IMG/VR virus record: IMGVR_UViG_3300025652_008830
Span: 1-30,429 of that record
DNA length: 30,429 bases
Strand: one strand, 5' to 3'
From: a virus
Lineage: Duplodnaviria; Caudoviricetes
The number at the start of each line of letters is the position of its first letter. Position 1 is the first letter of the stretch. The notes under the pieces were generated by a model. It saw nothing but the letters and a program-made list of their open reading frames with translations, was not told where the DNA came from and did not search any database. A program made the translations under genes and the position numbers. Shown here in pieces: positions 15,993 through 26,900 of this stretch.

Positions 15993-18307
15993 ATTTAAAA
16001 CTTTTCACACCACAAATACGTTCTGTAATTAAAGATTCGGAGACTGCTTGCATTGGCATGCATAGGCATTGCCTTGACATTGATATATTTTTTGATTGCT
16101 TTCTCGATGACCTTAGCTTATCTTGCGTAAAGATAATAGAAAAATACAAGATAAAAGAAGCTTTATATAAAGCGAGCGACTCTGTAATACAGAGGAAAAA
16201 GCGCAACAAAAACTGTTCTAAAAAATTCGACAAGTCCCTAGTTAGATTATTTAAAAATTGTTGGGAATCCTCCCAAGAGATGTTTGGTTTTGATTATATA
16301 CCTCCAGAAATTGTATTCTTAAATTTTCTCGATGTTGATATAGCTCCAAAAGCAATAAGAGATGTTGTTTTGATTGATAAGGATCTGGTTCAAGACATTG
16401 TCAGTGAGATAACTTTTTCTTTGAGTGATGTAGATATATCTTTGATTGAATCTATTGAATCCATCGAATCTCAAACACCATTTTCTAGGGACAAGGAAAT
16501 TATCGATATGTTTGAAGAAAACGAGGTTCTTTCTCAATTTGCTGAAAATTTAAATATAAAAGCAGTAAATAATAAGTTCGATAAGATTGTTGACTTCGAC
16601 GATAAAATATCTGAGATATCTACTGTTTTATGCCGCAAGAAAAAGCCTAATGTTATATTAGTGGGGACAGCGGGGACAGGGAAAACCTCTCTTGTAGAGG
16701 GACTTGTCAACAAAATTGTAAACGGAGAAGCTCCAGAGCTTTTGTCTAATAAGGTTATTTATTCTGTTAGTTTGTCTAGCATGGTTGCAGGAACCACTTA
16801 TCGCGGACAATTTGAACAAAGGTTGGAAGAATTTGTTAATGAAGCAAAAAAATATGACAATGTAATTCTTTTTATCGACGAGGTTCACACTCTTGTCGGA
16901 GCGGGTGGTTCAGGAGGCTCTAAGGAGTCTCTAGAAGCTTCGAACATACTAAAGCCAGAACTAGCTCGCGGAACCATTAGCTGTATAGGAGCGACCACTA
17001 TTAACGAATACAACGCCACAATTAAAAAGGACAGCGCTCTGGACAGGAGATTCGAGAGAGTGACCGTGAGGGAACCTTCTAAATTCCAAATGCGTAAAAT
17101 ATTGCCTACAATAACCTCTTATTACGAAGAGTTCCACCATGTCTCCTACTCTAAAGAGTTTATAGATAGTGTTATTGATTATTGTGAGAGGTTTAGTCCA
17201 AACAAACACTATCCAGATAAAGCCGTTGACGTTGTTGACCATTGCGGGGCTCAAGCTAAAGTTAGTCACTTTGAACTTAATCCAGAAATGAAAAAGATGC
17301 AACTTGAAATCATCAGGCTAGCTAAAGAACAAAAAAATCATGATGGTTTGTTGGCAGAATTCGAAAAGAAATTATCGGGCTGGTCTGAAAGAAAGCAGTC
17401 AAAAAGGGCGGAGGTGAAAGTCTCCCATCTTGAATCCTTTTTCTCGAGAAAGGAAAGCCCTCTTTCGGGGGATGTATTTTTAAATGAGGTTTTTTCAGAT
17501 ATAGTTAAAAAGTTTGCAGGTCATAACAAGACAATAAATGATTTAAAAGAGTCTATAATTATTTCTAATTACAATCTAAACACAAAGGTATCCTCTCCAA
17601 GCGTTTTTTGTATCAATGGAGACGATAAAACAGGGAAAACTTATCTCATGTCTATACTGAGAGAAAACTTTGAAAGATCTGGAGCTAATACGCTTAGTTA
17701 TAGCGGTATACATTTCTCAGACGCATACGCATCACAAAAAGTTATTTCTGGAGTGTCGAGCGGATCTTCTCTTTGCGAAAAAATACTAATATATCCCAAC
17801 AGCATAATATTAATAGACGACTTCGATAGCATACACCCTTCTGTTGTAAATCTTTTTTCAGAAATATTTAAAGAGGGTAAGCTTGAGTTACCCAACGGAG
17901 ACTGCGCTGATTTTTCTAATTGCAAGTTTTTCCTTACAAGCAGAAAAGCCTCTAATAACAAGCTTGGTTTCAACTCTTCTAAAGAAACTTCTGAATCAGT
18001 TATACCTACTGAGCTATGCTCTTCGTTTAATTCTAATTTATTCTTGCATAAGCTTGACGAAAAGGCCTTGCGTAGAGTTTTATGGCATAAGCTAACAAAA
18101 ATAAAGAAAAGTCTTAATATAAAGAATGTAGAGTTGGATTTTGACTTCAATTTTCTCAAATCATTTGTTAAAGAAAACTCCTCCAAGAGGCATGAAATAC
18201 AAGATCTTTCTAAGTCTTTTGATTTTAAAATAAATAAATATGTTCAAGCTAGGTTAATAAAGGGAGAAAAGAAAATAAACCTTAAAAAACTCCAAAAAAC
18301 AGGTTGA
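15989..18307 (+). CDS. ClpA/ClpC-like AAA+ unfoldase
   Basis: Clp N-domain-like start; NBD1 GTAGTGKT, AGTTYRGQFEQRL, LFIDEVH, LKPELARG, IGATT, DSALDRRF, PDKAVD; NBD2 GDDKTGKT, ILIDDFD; LGF loop. Confidence 0.9.
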   Translation: MNLKLFTPQIRSVIKDSETACIGMHRHCLDIDIFFDCFLDDLSLSCVKIIEKYKIKEALYKASDSVIQRKKRNKNCSKKFDKSLVRLFKNCWESSQEMFGFDYIPPEIVFLNFLDVDIAPKAIRDVVLIDKDLVQDIVSEITFSLSDVDISLIESIESIESQTPFSRDKEIIDMFEENEVLSQFAENLNIKAVNNKFDKIVDFDDKISEISTVLCRKKKPNVILVGTAGTGKTSLVEGLVNKIVNGEAPELLSNKVIYSVSLSSMVAGTTYRGQFEQRLEEFVNEAKKYDNVILFIDEVHTLVGAGGSGGSKESLEASNILKPELARGTISCIGATTINEYNATIKKDSALDRRFERVTVREPSKFQMRKILPTITSYYEEFHHVSYSKEFIDSVIDYCERFSPNKHYPDKAVDVVDHCGAQAKVSHFELNPEMKKMQLEIIRLAKEQKNHDGLLAEFEKKLSGWSERKQSKRAEVKVSHLESFFSRKESPLSGDVFLNEVFSDIVKKFAGHNKTINDLKESIIISNYNLNTKVSSPSVFCINGDDKTGKTYLMSILRENFERSGANTLSYSGIHFSDAYASQKVISGVSSGSSLCEKILIYPNSIILIDDFDSIHPSVVNLFSEIFKEGKLELPNGDCADFSNCKFFLTSRKASNNKLGFNSSKETSESVIPTELCSSFNSNLFLHKLDEKALRRVLWHKLTKIKKSLNIKNVELDFDFNFLKSFVKENSSKRHEIQDLSKSFDFKINKYVQARLIKGEKKINLKKLQKTG

Positions 18308-18332
18308 CAATACTCACAATCTGAGGTATTAT
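18304..18332 (+). promoter_or_regulatory. Sigma70-type promoter
   Basis: TTGACA(18304-18309, overlapping the Clp stop)-N17-TATTAT(18327-18332); ATG at 18340 follows after 7 nt. Confidence 0.75.
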
Positions 18333-18339
18333 CGTATTC

Positions 18340-18552
18340 ATGATGAAACAAGTAACTAAAAAGCAACGTTCGGCTGTAACGGCTATTCGCAATTCAAAAG
18401 GTCGTTTTTTCGGTCTTTATACAAAGCAAGGCTCGGTACATAACGCTCAGTTGGTAAATGAAACAGATAACTACATTACGGTTTATGACCGCAATTTAGG
18501 GAAGCGAGTTAAGCTCGCAAAAACCAGTATTGACGCTGTAAAAATTAGCTAG
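18340..18552 (+). CDS. Hypothetical basic protein (70 aa)
   Basis: ORF directly behind a promoter. Confidence 0.75.
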   Translation: MMKQVTKKQRSAVTAIRNSKGRFFGLYTKQGSVHNAQLVNETDNYITVYDRNLGKRVKLAKTSIDAVKIS

Positions 18553-18556
18553 AATT

Positions 18557-18727
18557 ATGAGCGGGAGAAGAGCAAAATACCTAAGAAGAATTCTTCGAGA
18601 TGAGCTCGGATCTAAATCCAAAACTCTAGACCCAGTATCTCGTAAAATTTATCGAAGACTAAAGAAGAAATTCGTTAGTCTAAACAAAGAAGAAAAATTA
18701 AAATATAAAATACAAAATTATGTCTGA
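18557..18727 (+). CDS. Hypothetical basic protein (56 aa), below the ORF-track cutoff
   Basis: MSGRRAKYLRRILRDELGSKSKTLDPVSRKIYRRLKKKFVSLNKEEKLKYKIQNYV*; fills the gap and overlaps the next start. Confidence 0.65.
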   Translation: MSGRRAKYLRRILRDELGSKSKTLDPVSRKIYRRLKKKFVSLNKEEKLKYKIQNYV

Positions 18728-18953
18728 AAATACACAAAATACACAAGAAAAACCTAAGTCAAAATGGCAAGAGCGAGAGCTCGGAGCTCTTTGGCGGGTA
18801 GATGGAAGGAACCAGTCTTTTTATTCTGGCTCTATCAAAGTTGGGGACAAAACAGTTAAAGTTGTCTGCTTCCCAAATAAAGATAAAGAACCAGACTCTA
18901 ATCAGCCAGATTTGAGGGTTTATGAAAGTGAAGATCGAGAACTTGCAACATAA
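18720..18953 (+). CDS. DUF736-like small protein
   Basis: ELGALW...FYSGSI...FPNKDK...QPDLRVY pattern, recalled as DUF736-like. Confidence 0.6.
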   Translation: MSENTQNTQEKPKSKWQERELGALWRVDGRNQSFYSGSIKVGDKTVKVVCFPNKDKEPDSNQPDLRVYESEDRELAT

Positions 18954-19225
18954 TGGGCGAAGATACAAATAATAACGATGCACCCGAGTCGGTTTTATCT
19001 GATGAGGAGATGTTAAAATTCAAACAGGCTTTTTACCAAAAGCTTGGCGGTAGCATTTCTTTTGCTGAAGTTATACAAGTCGTTAATGGAATGTTACTTA
19101 AAGAGGTCGATGAAAGGATTACTTCAATGAGTGCTGAAGAACTTGTATCAGCAAATTCAGAACTTTGCGGCTCCGAAAATCAAAACGAACCTGAAGATAA
19201 AACTAAAGATAAAACTGAAGATTAA
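18953..19225 (+). CDS. Hypothetical acidic protein (90 aa)
   Basis: TAATG overlap with the upstream gene; ends just before a terminator. Confidence 0.7.
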   Translation: MGEDTNNNDAPESVLSDEEMLKFKQAFYQKLGGSISFAEVIQVVNGMLLKEVDERITSMSAEELVSANSELCGSENQNEPEDKTKDKTED

Positions 19226-19240
19226 ATAAAACAACACAAG

Positions 19241-19283
19241 GATTCTTGGGGGTTATTCTTAACCTCCAAGAATCTTTTTTTTT
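19241..19283 (+). terminator. Rho-independent terminator
   Basis: GATTCTTGGGGGTTA-TTCT-TAACCTCCAAGAATC, a 15-bp stem with one G-U pair, followed by T9. Confidence 0.9.
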
Positions 19284-19343
19284 ATTAAGGTGTAATTATC
19301 TTAAAGCAATAGCATCCTTACAAACAATATAAATGTATTTAAA

Positions 19344-19532
19344 ATGAACTCAAGAATAAAACCAACCTCTAAAAAGATTATAGACGAATCAGGCAGACAG
19401 ATATGGCATATTTCTTACACAGACGAAAAGGGTAGGGTTTATGAATATCAACACCATAATCTTAACATAGCAATTAGAAGCTGGTATAGTATGTTTACTG
19501 AAACTCTTGGTATAAAGTCTGGAGGAGGATGA
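19344..19532 (+). CDS. Hypothetical protein (62 aa)
   Basis: ORF after the terminator, preceded by GTGTAATTAT at 19290. Confidence 0.6.
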   Translation: MNSRIKPTSKKIIDESGRQIWHISYTDEKGRVYEYQHHNLNIAIRSWYSMFTETLGIKSGGG

Positions 19533-19566
19533 TGTCAAAAATAATATAATCCGTGTGATTATTGTC

Positions 19567-19595
19567 TTGATTTTTGTTACAAAAAAACCTATAAT
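19567..19595 (+). promoter_or_regulatory. Sigma70-type promoter
   Basis: TTGATT(19567-19572)-N17-TATAAT(19590-19595); ATG at 19605 follows after 9 nt. Confidence 0.7.
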
Positions 19596-19604
19596 ACATT
19601 TTAT

Positions 19605-19904
19605 ATGGAGTCCTTTGATATTTTAAACATAGAAGTAGATACAGATGATATCTTCGAATATGTTATTGGTAATTCTTGTTATTGTCCAATAGAGAGACAA
19701 ATAGATTGCGAGAGATATGCGACTTACGACCCATTTGTTTACGATTCTTTTAATAAAGAAATGATTCATCAGGACGATCCGTATGTAGATTTTTGCACTC
19801 AAGTTTCCTTGCTTAAAGCAAGGGCTCCAAAAATGTCAGGTGACGAAATATACAGAATATGTGTAGAACTTGAAGAGATCTCTCCTAAAACTATAAAACT
19901 ATAA
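19605..19904 (+). CDS. Hypothetical acidic protein (99 aa)
   Basis: ORF directly behind a promoter. Confidence 0.7.
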   Translation: MESFDILNIEVDTDDIFEYVIGNSCYCPIERQIDCERYATYDPFVYDSFNKEMIHQDDPYVDFCTQVSLLKARAPKMSGDEIYRICVELEEISPKTIKL

Positions 19905-19914
19905 CAAAACCACT

Positions 19915-20382
19915 ATGTTAAAAAATTCTTTCCCCACTTGGCCTAAAAAAAACCCACTCAGCTTGGGCAATGAAACCTGTAGGTGTTCTGAGTTGTTCCC
20001 GAGTCAATTGTACTTAAATCATTCTAACGGCCTTTTTGTCGGAGGTAATACTCGCCCTATCCCTATAAGTGATAATAGGGCCGCAGGTTTCGATTGCGAT
20101 TATCAACTCTTCTTTGAGTTTGATCCACCATCCGAGGACCCATTCCTTTTCAATTATGCTGAACATGTGTTTATTGTTTTCGACAACCCCTCTAACTGGG
20201 ACGCGGCATTCAATGAAGGTGATCCTAATGACACCCGACAATGGATTATTAATTTCAATAACTCTTTTCCTATTAATAGTCCAATGTATGCATTCCCCGC
20301 CAACACAAACCCTTGCGACCCACAGGGTGATTATTTTAGCGGGCAAGATTCTGCGCAACTTTCTTTTGTACCATTCGATTAA
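19915..20382 (+). CDS. Hypothetical Asn/Pro/Phe-rich protein (155 aa)
   Basis: Longest co-oriented ORF in the gap, with an A-rich leader. Confidence 0.6.
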   Translation: MLKNSFPTWPKKNPLSLGNETCRCSELFPSQLYLNHSNGLFVGGNTRPIPISDNRAAGFDCDYQLFFEFDPPSEDPFLFNYAEHVFIVFDNPSNWDAAFNEGDPNDTRQWIINFNNSFPINSPMYAFPANTNPCDPQGDYFSGQDSAQLSFVPFD

Positions 20383-20417
20383 ATATACATGACTAATTCA
20401 AAGAAAAATATTTTAAA

Positions 20418-20810
20418 ATGAAAATGCCATTATCAGAAATTATAGATAGATATACTATAACCAAATTAAAATCAGAGAGAACTACTGAAGACGTATCTCA
20501 CGAACTCGCCTCTTATAAGAATGAGATAGACAAACACAACCAAAAAGAAGCGGAGCTCTTTGTTGAAAAGCTCTATAAAATAAACGGTAGACTTTGGGAT
20601 ATAGAAACAAAAGCATCTAGAGAGATAAACTCTAGGAAAACTGCTCCAGAAGATACTGATTACGCCGAGATAGGCAAGCTAGCTATAGACGTAAGAGAGG
20701 TGAACTGTGAAAGAAACGGAGTAAAGGCTGAAATTGTAGACGCTTTTGCAGAGGGGTTTAAAGAAATTAAAATAAACTATACCAAAACAAGTTACGGTAA
20801 AAATTCATAA
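20418..20810 (+). CDS. DUF6165-like helical protein
   Basis: SEIIDRYTITKLK...LYKINGRLWDIE...NCERNGVKAEI, recalled as the DUF6165 pattern. Confidence 0.6.
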   Translation: MKMPLSEIIDRYTITKLKSERTTEDVSHELASYKNEIDKHNQKEAELFVEKLYKINGRLWDIETKASREINSRKTAPEDTDYAEIGKLAIDVREVNCERNGVKAEIVDAFAEGFKEIKINYTKTSYGKNS

Positions 20811-21352
20811 TGTCTTACATATCAAACAAAGCAAAAGGACTCTCTGGGTCAAAACACATAGCTCATTCTACTTCGACAGGTTCTGATGGAGAAAGAAGAT
20901 TCTATGATTCCTGCAAGTCTAAAAAACTAGACATAAAAAAGACTCCCGCAAAAGATGATATGCACAAGCATACCGACTTTATTGTTGATGGAAAATCTTT
21001 TGATGTAAAGGGTCTTAAAAAATCCCACAATGAGGGTAACATTCTGATTGAACTAAGAAACGTTCAGGGAAAGTCTGGTTGGTGTAATAAATCTGGCAAT
21101 CCAGAGTGGGTTGCTTTTGATTTTGGTTTATTTTTCGTTTGTGTTAGCAATTCTGATTTGTATGATTTAGCCTGTGATATTTGTGATCTGAAAGATAAGG
21201 TATCTTCTATTGGCGCGGCGATGTACAAAGGGTATACCCGTAAAGACAGAAAAGATTTAATGACAGTCGTTAGCTTGTCAGATGTAATTAAAGGATGTGA
21301 TCATTGGCTTTTGCCTTATAAAGCATTCCATAGTCCTATGGAGTTACTTTAA
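20810..21352 (+). CDS. Putative PD-(D/E)XK-fold nuclease
   Basis: GERRF...HTDFIVDGKSFDVKG...IELRNVQGKSGW. Confidence 0.6.
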   Translation: MSYISNKAKGLSGSKHIAHSTSTGSDGERRFYDSCKSKKLDIKKTPAKDDMHKHTDFIVDGKSFDVKGLKKSHNEGNILIELRNVQGKSGWCNKSGNPEWVAFDFGLFFVCVSNSDLYDLACDICDLKDKVSSIGAAMYKGYTRKDRKDLMTVVSLSDVIKGCDHWLLPYKAFHSPMELL

Positions 21353-21419
21353 ATAGCTATATAGTTATTGGTTGACAAAGAAAGGTATTTAGATTGATTA
21401 AAGTGTAATAATCGTTACC

Positions 21420-22421
<1,002 letters not shown>

Positions 22422-22525
22422 AACTTGTGTAAAGAAAAACAAAAGCATAAAGAAAAATCTTCCACAAAACTTAGCGAATTTACAGGCTTTTATTATTTAA
22501 GAAGTATTAAAATATAAAAAATACT

Positions 22526-23920
22526 ATGGCACAACAAAAATTTACCGTAACCCCAGGAACTCACCAAGACGTACGTAATATTATCAACAGCAATTCTGAT
22601 GACGCGCAAGCTAGATTATCGGCTCTTGAAACAATCGGAGTCTCTGGAGAATCTGCATATGAGGTAGCTGTTAATAATGGATTTGCTGGTAGCGAAGCTG
22701 CTTGGTTGGAATCGCTCATTGGCGCAGATGGACAAGATGGGGTTGCAGGCTCAACTGGCCCTACAGGCCTTACTGGCCCTGCAGGACAAGACGGGACATC
22801 TGTAGTATTAAAGGGTACTGTTGCTGATTTCGCCAGCTTGCCAGCTGGCGCTGCAGAAGGGGATCTTTACATTACTTTAGATACGGGGGACGGTTGGGTT
22901 AGTAATGGAACAGAGAGTTGGGGCAATGTCGGTGCAATTCAAGGACCCCAAGGCCCGCAAGGTGAAAAAGGAGATATTGGACTCACTGGGGATGATGGAT
23001 TAACTGGTCCTGTCGGGGAACAAGGTATACAAGGGGAAAAGGGAGATGTAGGAGAAACTGGAGAGAATGGTAATACTGTTCTTAGTGGAGACTTTATTCC
23101 GACAAACGAGGGCGTCGATGGAGATTTTTTTATTAGAACAGATACTTTGGAACTGTATGGTCCAAAAACTGCTGTTGGATGGGGAGAAGAACCGACGTCT
23201 TTGTTGGGTTCGACAGGACTAGATGGCTCTGATGGTAATACAATTTTAAGCGGTTTTAGCCCACCATTAAATTCAGAGGGAGTAGATGGAGACTTTTTCA
23301 TTAATACAGAAACCTCTGATTTTTACGGACCGAAATCTAATGGTACTTGGAGCGCTGCTATCTCTTTGCTAGGCAAGGATGGAGCGGGAGTCCCTACTGG
23401 TGGAACGACCACTCAAATTATAAGTAAAATAGACGGCGTTGATTTCAATACTACATGGATTGATAACACCGCCAATAACACTGCTTACGATAATGTGGAT
23501 TCTGGGCTAACGGCTATAAACGTTAAAGACGCAATTGATGAGATTGCTATAGTTAAAGTTAAATTTTGGTACTTAAACAAAATGGGGGATGAAGTTTCCG
23601 CTTTTTCTGGAGACGGTGAAAAGACCGCTTGGGTAGCTCCAGCTGCAGGAGAAATTCATTCTGTTCACAGTGGTTCTTCTACAGCAGCCCAAGGAGGAAA
23701 TATTGTCGTCGATGTTAAAAAAGAAGGGGTAAGTATACTTGGTACGCTTGGCGTAATAGCTTCTGGTTCAAATAGCACAAGAACTGGGACACCACATGTA
23801 CTTACAGCTAACCCAACTAGTTTTGCTGCTGGAGATAGAATTTCATTTGAAATTAGCAGCTTTACCGCGACTGGAGGAGCAAAAGGGCTTCATACAGACA
23901 TTCTAATATCTTGGGTTTAA
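22526..23920 (+). CDS. Collagen-like tail fibre 1
   Basis: Gly-X-Y runs, GESAYEVAVNNGFAGSEAAWLESL motif, two GNTxLSG...EGVDGDFFI.T.T...YGPK...W nodes and a C-terminal beta domain ending AKGLHTDILISWV. Confidence 0.85.
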   Translation: MAQQKFTVTPGTHQDVRNIINSNSDDAQARLSALETIGVSGESAYEVAVNNGFAGSEAAWLESLIGADGQDGVAGSTGPTGLTGPAGQDGTSVVLKGTVADFASLPAGAAEGDLYITLDTGDGWVSNGTESWGNVGAIQGPQGPQGEKGDIGLTGDDGLTGPVGEQGIQGEKGDVGETGENGNTVLSGDFIPTNEGVDGDFFIRTDTLELYGPKTAVGWGEEPTSLLGSTGLDGSDGNTILSGFSPPLNSEGVDGDFFINTETSDFYGPKSNGTWSAAISLLGKDGAGVPTGGTTTQIISKIDGVDFNTTWIDNTANNTAYDNVDSGLTAINVKDAIDEIAIVKVKFWYLNKMGDEVSAFSGDGEKTAWVAPAAGEIHSVHSGSSTAAQGGNIVVDVKKEGVSILGTLGVIASGSNSTRTGTPHVLTANPTSFAAGDRISFEISSFTATGGAKGLHTDILISWV

Positions 23921-23935
23921 AAACTTACTTTTTAA

Positions 23936-26900
23936 ATGATTGTTAATCCATACATTTTCAGTTCCAATTTAGTCCCCCTGACTAATACATTAATATATGA
24001 TGAGTTTGGCGTAAAGATTTTTGATATCTTTGGAGAAATCCCCACTTTTGCAAATAATAGCGATATATATCAGGTTGAGATTGGCACATCATGCACAAGT
24101 ATTCCTAGTAATGGTTTTTCTAATTGCATTGGGTTAAGTGGCTCGTTTGTTATACCAAGTAGTGTTACGAGTATTGGGAGTAATGCTTTTTATTACAACA
24201 CCCCTATCAGCAATATGTTTGTGGACACCCCTTCTAGCTTTTGGCCGCCGAATGTTGGCGGTGGTGGTTTTAATTATGCTGCAGCATTTTTCCTTAATTT
24301 TAGTCCAATTAAAGTTCATGTTTCGCCAGATTATTTTGGGGTAGGTTCTAACTATGATGCTACTTGGGGTTCCAATCAAGGGTTAGCGGCTGGATCCACA
24401 ATTATTAACTGGGATTGGTATCCATACCCCGTTCCTAATGAGGAAGGCCCAGTTGAAAGCACTCTTTATGATATTAGTGATACTGCTTTAGTTGGTCTTT
24501 TCGGACCAATCCCAGACAACTGGAACGAGAATAACTCCCCATATGACGCTACTCGTTTAGAGATCGGTAAATCATGCACAAGTATTGGGGGTTATGCTTT
24601 TAATGGTTGTACTAGCTTAACTGGTTTATTAACTATCCCAGATAGTGTTCTAGCGATTGGGAGTAATGCTTTCAGTTATTGCTCTAACTTAACTGGTGCA
24701 TTGACTATTCCGAATAGCGTTGCAACTATTGGGAGTGGTGCTTTTCAGGCTTGCACTGGTTTAGATGGTATACTAACCATTCCGAATAGCGTTAATAGTA
24801 TTGAGAGTGCTGCTTTTAGCCTTATCTCAATAAACACATTATCTGTGTTAAATGAATTAACAACCATTTCATCTTTAGCATTTTCATCTAATACATCTTT
24901 AACAGATGCTTTTTTAGCTCCTTCTTTTTCTTTGGTAGATGGCAGTACATTCACATCATGCAACAACCTAACTAAGGTTTATGCTAAAGACGCCGCTTCT
25001 AATGGATACACAATTGGAGTGGGCCAGAGTGTTGGAGGAGAAACAGTTGAAGTACTTAACTGGGATTGGTATCCATACCCCGTTCCTAATGAGGAAGGCC
25101 CAGTTGAAAGCACTCTTTATGATATTAGTGATGCTGCCGTAGTTGGTCTTTTCGGACCAATCCCAGACAACTGGAACGATAATAATTCGCCGTATAGCAC
25201 TGCCACTCGTTTAGAGATCGGTAAATCATGTACGAGCATTGGAATAAAAGCTTTTTGGGTATGTGACAACCTTACTGGCAGCTTAACCATTCCAGATAGC
25301 GTTTTAATTATTGACGACAACGCCTTCACAAGTTGCTTTAACCTTGACGGCACATTAACCATTGAAAATGGAGTTCAAAGCATAGGATTAGGTGCATTTA
25401 GCAACGATCCTTTTACTGGTTCTCTGGTTCTGCCAGACAGTTTGGAAACTCTTGGTAGTGGCGCTTTTTACAAAGCCAAATTTACAGGTGGATCATTAAC
25501 TATTCCTGACAGCGTTACTAGCATCGGGGAAAGATGTTTTAAACGTACTGAGTTTACTAGCTTATTGAGTTTCCCAAACAACATTTCTTTTGAAATCATT
25601 CCAGACGAATGCTTTAGTACTTGCTCTGCATTAAGTGGCTCCTTGGTTATTCCAGATAGTGTTACGACTATTGGGGATGGTGCTTTTTTCCAATGCTCTG
25701 GCTTAAGTTCGTTAACTATTGGAAATAGCGTTGCAACTATTGGGAGTCAAGCTTTTTATTATTGCACTGGCTTTAATGGTTCATTAACCATTCCAAATAG
25801 CGTTAGGACTATTGAAACAGAGGCTTTCCGTGGTTGTGATTTTACTGGTTCATTGACTATTCAAGATGGTGTTACAACTATTGGGAGTCGAGCTTTTGGT
25901 TATTGCGATGGTTTTACTGGTTCATTAACTATTCCAGATAGTGTTGATACTATTGGGAGTTATGCTTTCACAAGCACCAGTGCTTTAGATGGTTATTTAG
26001 TAATTCCAAATAGTGTTGCGAGCATTGGGACTTATGCTTTTTATGACAATTCTTTTGAGAGTATATATATAGATTGTGCGGCTTCGTCTTGGACAGGGAC
26101 AAATGCTTTATCCATCTTTCAAGCTTCTCCGCCAGTGATTTACGTTAATGCTCCTGACCCAGATGCTGCTGGATACAATGCAGCATGGAAAACAGCGCAA
26201 GGATTACAAGTGGAAGCTATAATTTTAACTTGGCAAAACTACCCAGCTCCAACGCCTAATCCAATTGATCCTGCTCTAACTTACCTTTATGACTCTGGTG
26301 GTTCTTTTTTGACTCTTCTTCAAGATGATATACCCAATAACTGGAACGATGGCAATACACCATACAATGCTGATAGAGTTGAGATCGGCACATCATGCAC
26401 AAGTATTGGTAATTATGCTTTTTCAAATTCTAATAATATGACTGCAGGCTTAGTTATACCGTCTAGTGTTTTGACTATTGGTGATCGTGCTTTCAATCAA
26501 TGCAATAACTTAACTGGTTCATTAACAATTCCAGATAGTGTTGATACTATTGGGAGTTATGCTTTTAATTATTGCACTGGCTTTACTGGTTCATTAACCA
26601 TTGAAAATGGAGTCCAAAACATTAGCAGTTATGCTTTTAATTATTGCAATGGCTTCACTGGTTCATTAACCATTCCAGATAGTGTTACGACTATTGGGAG
26701 TAATGCTTTTTATATGGGGGTCTTTTTCGGCTCACCTTCTTGGTCTGGAGCATTAACTATTGGTGATGGGATAGAAACTCTTGGTAGTAGGGCTTTTCAG
26801 TATTGCTCTGGCTTTACTTCATTAACTATTGGGAATGTTCTTACAAGCATTGGGGATTTCGCTTTTAAAAATTGTAGTGACATTATTCATATATATATCA

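Noticed and set aside
21372-21400. TTGACA as a sigma70 promoter for the tube-like gene
   Set aside because: There is no acceptable -10 hexamer at 16-18 bp spacing.
24405-25242. The long direct repeat as a DGR template/variable pair
   Set aside because: Both copies are coding in the same frame, mismatches are not restricted to adenines (TT/CG, G/T, C/T, C/G, a 3-nt indel) and there is no RT in the window.
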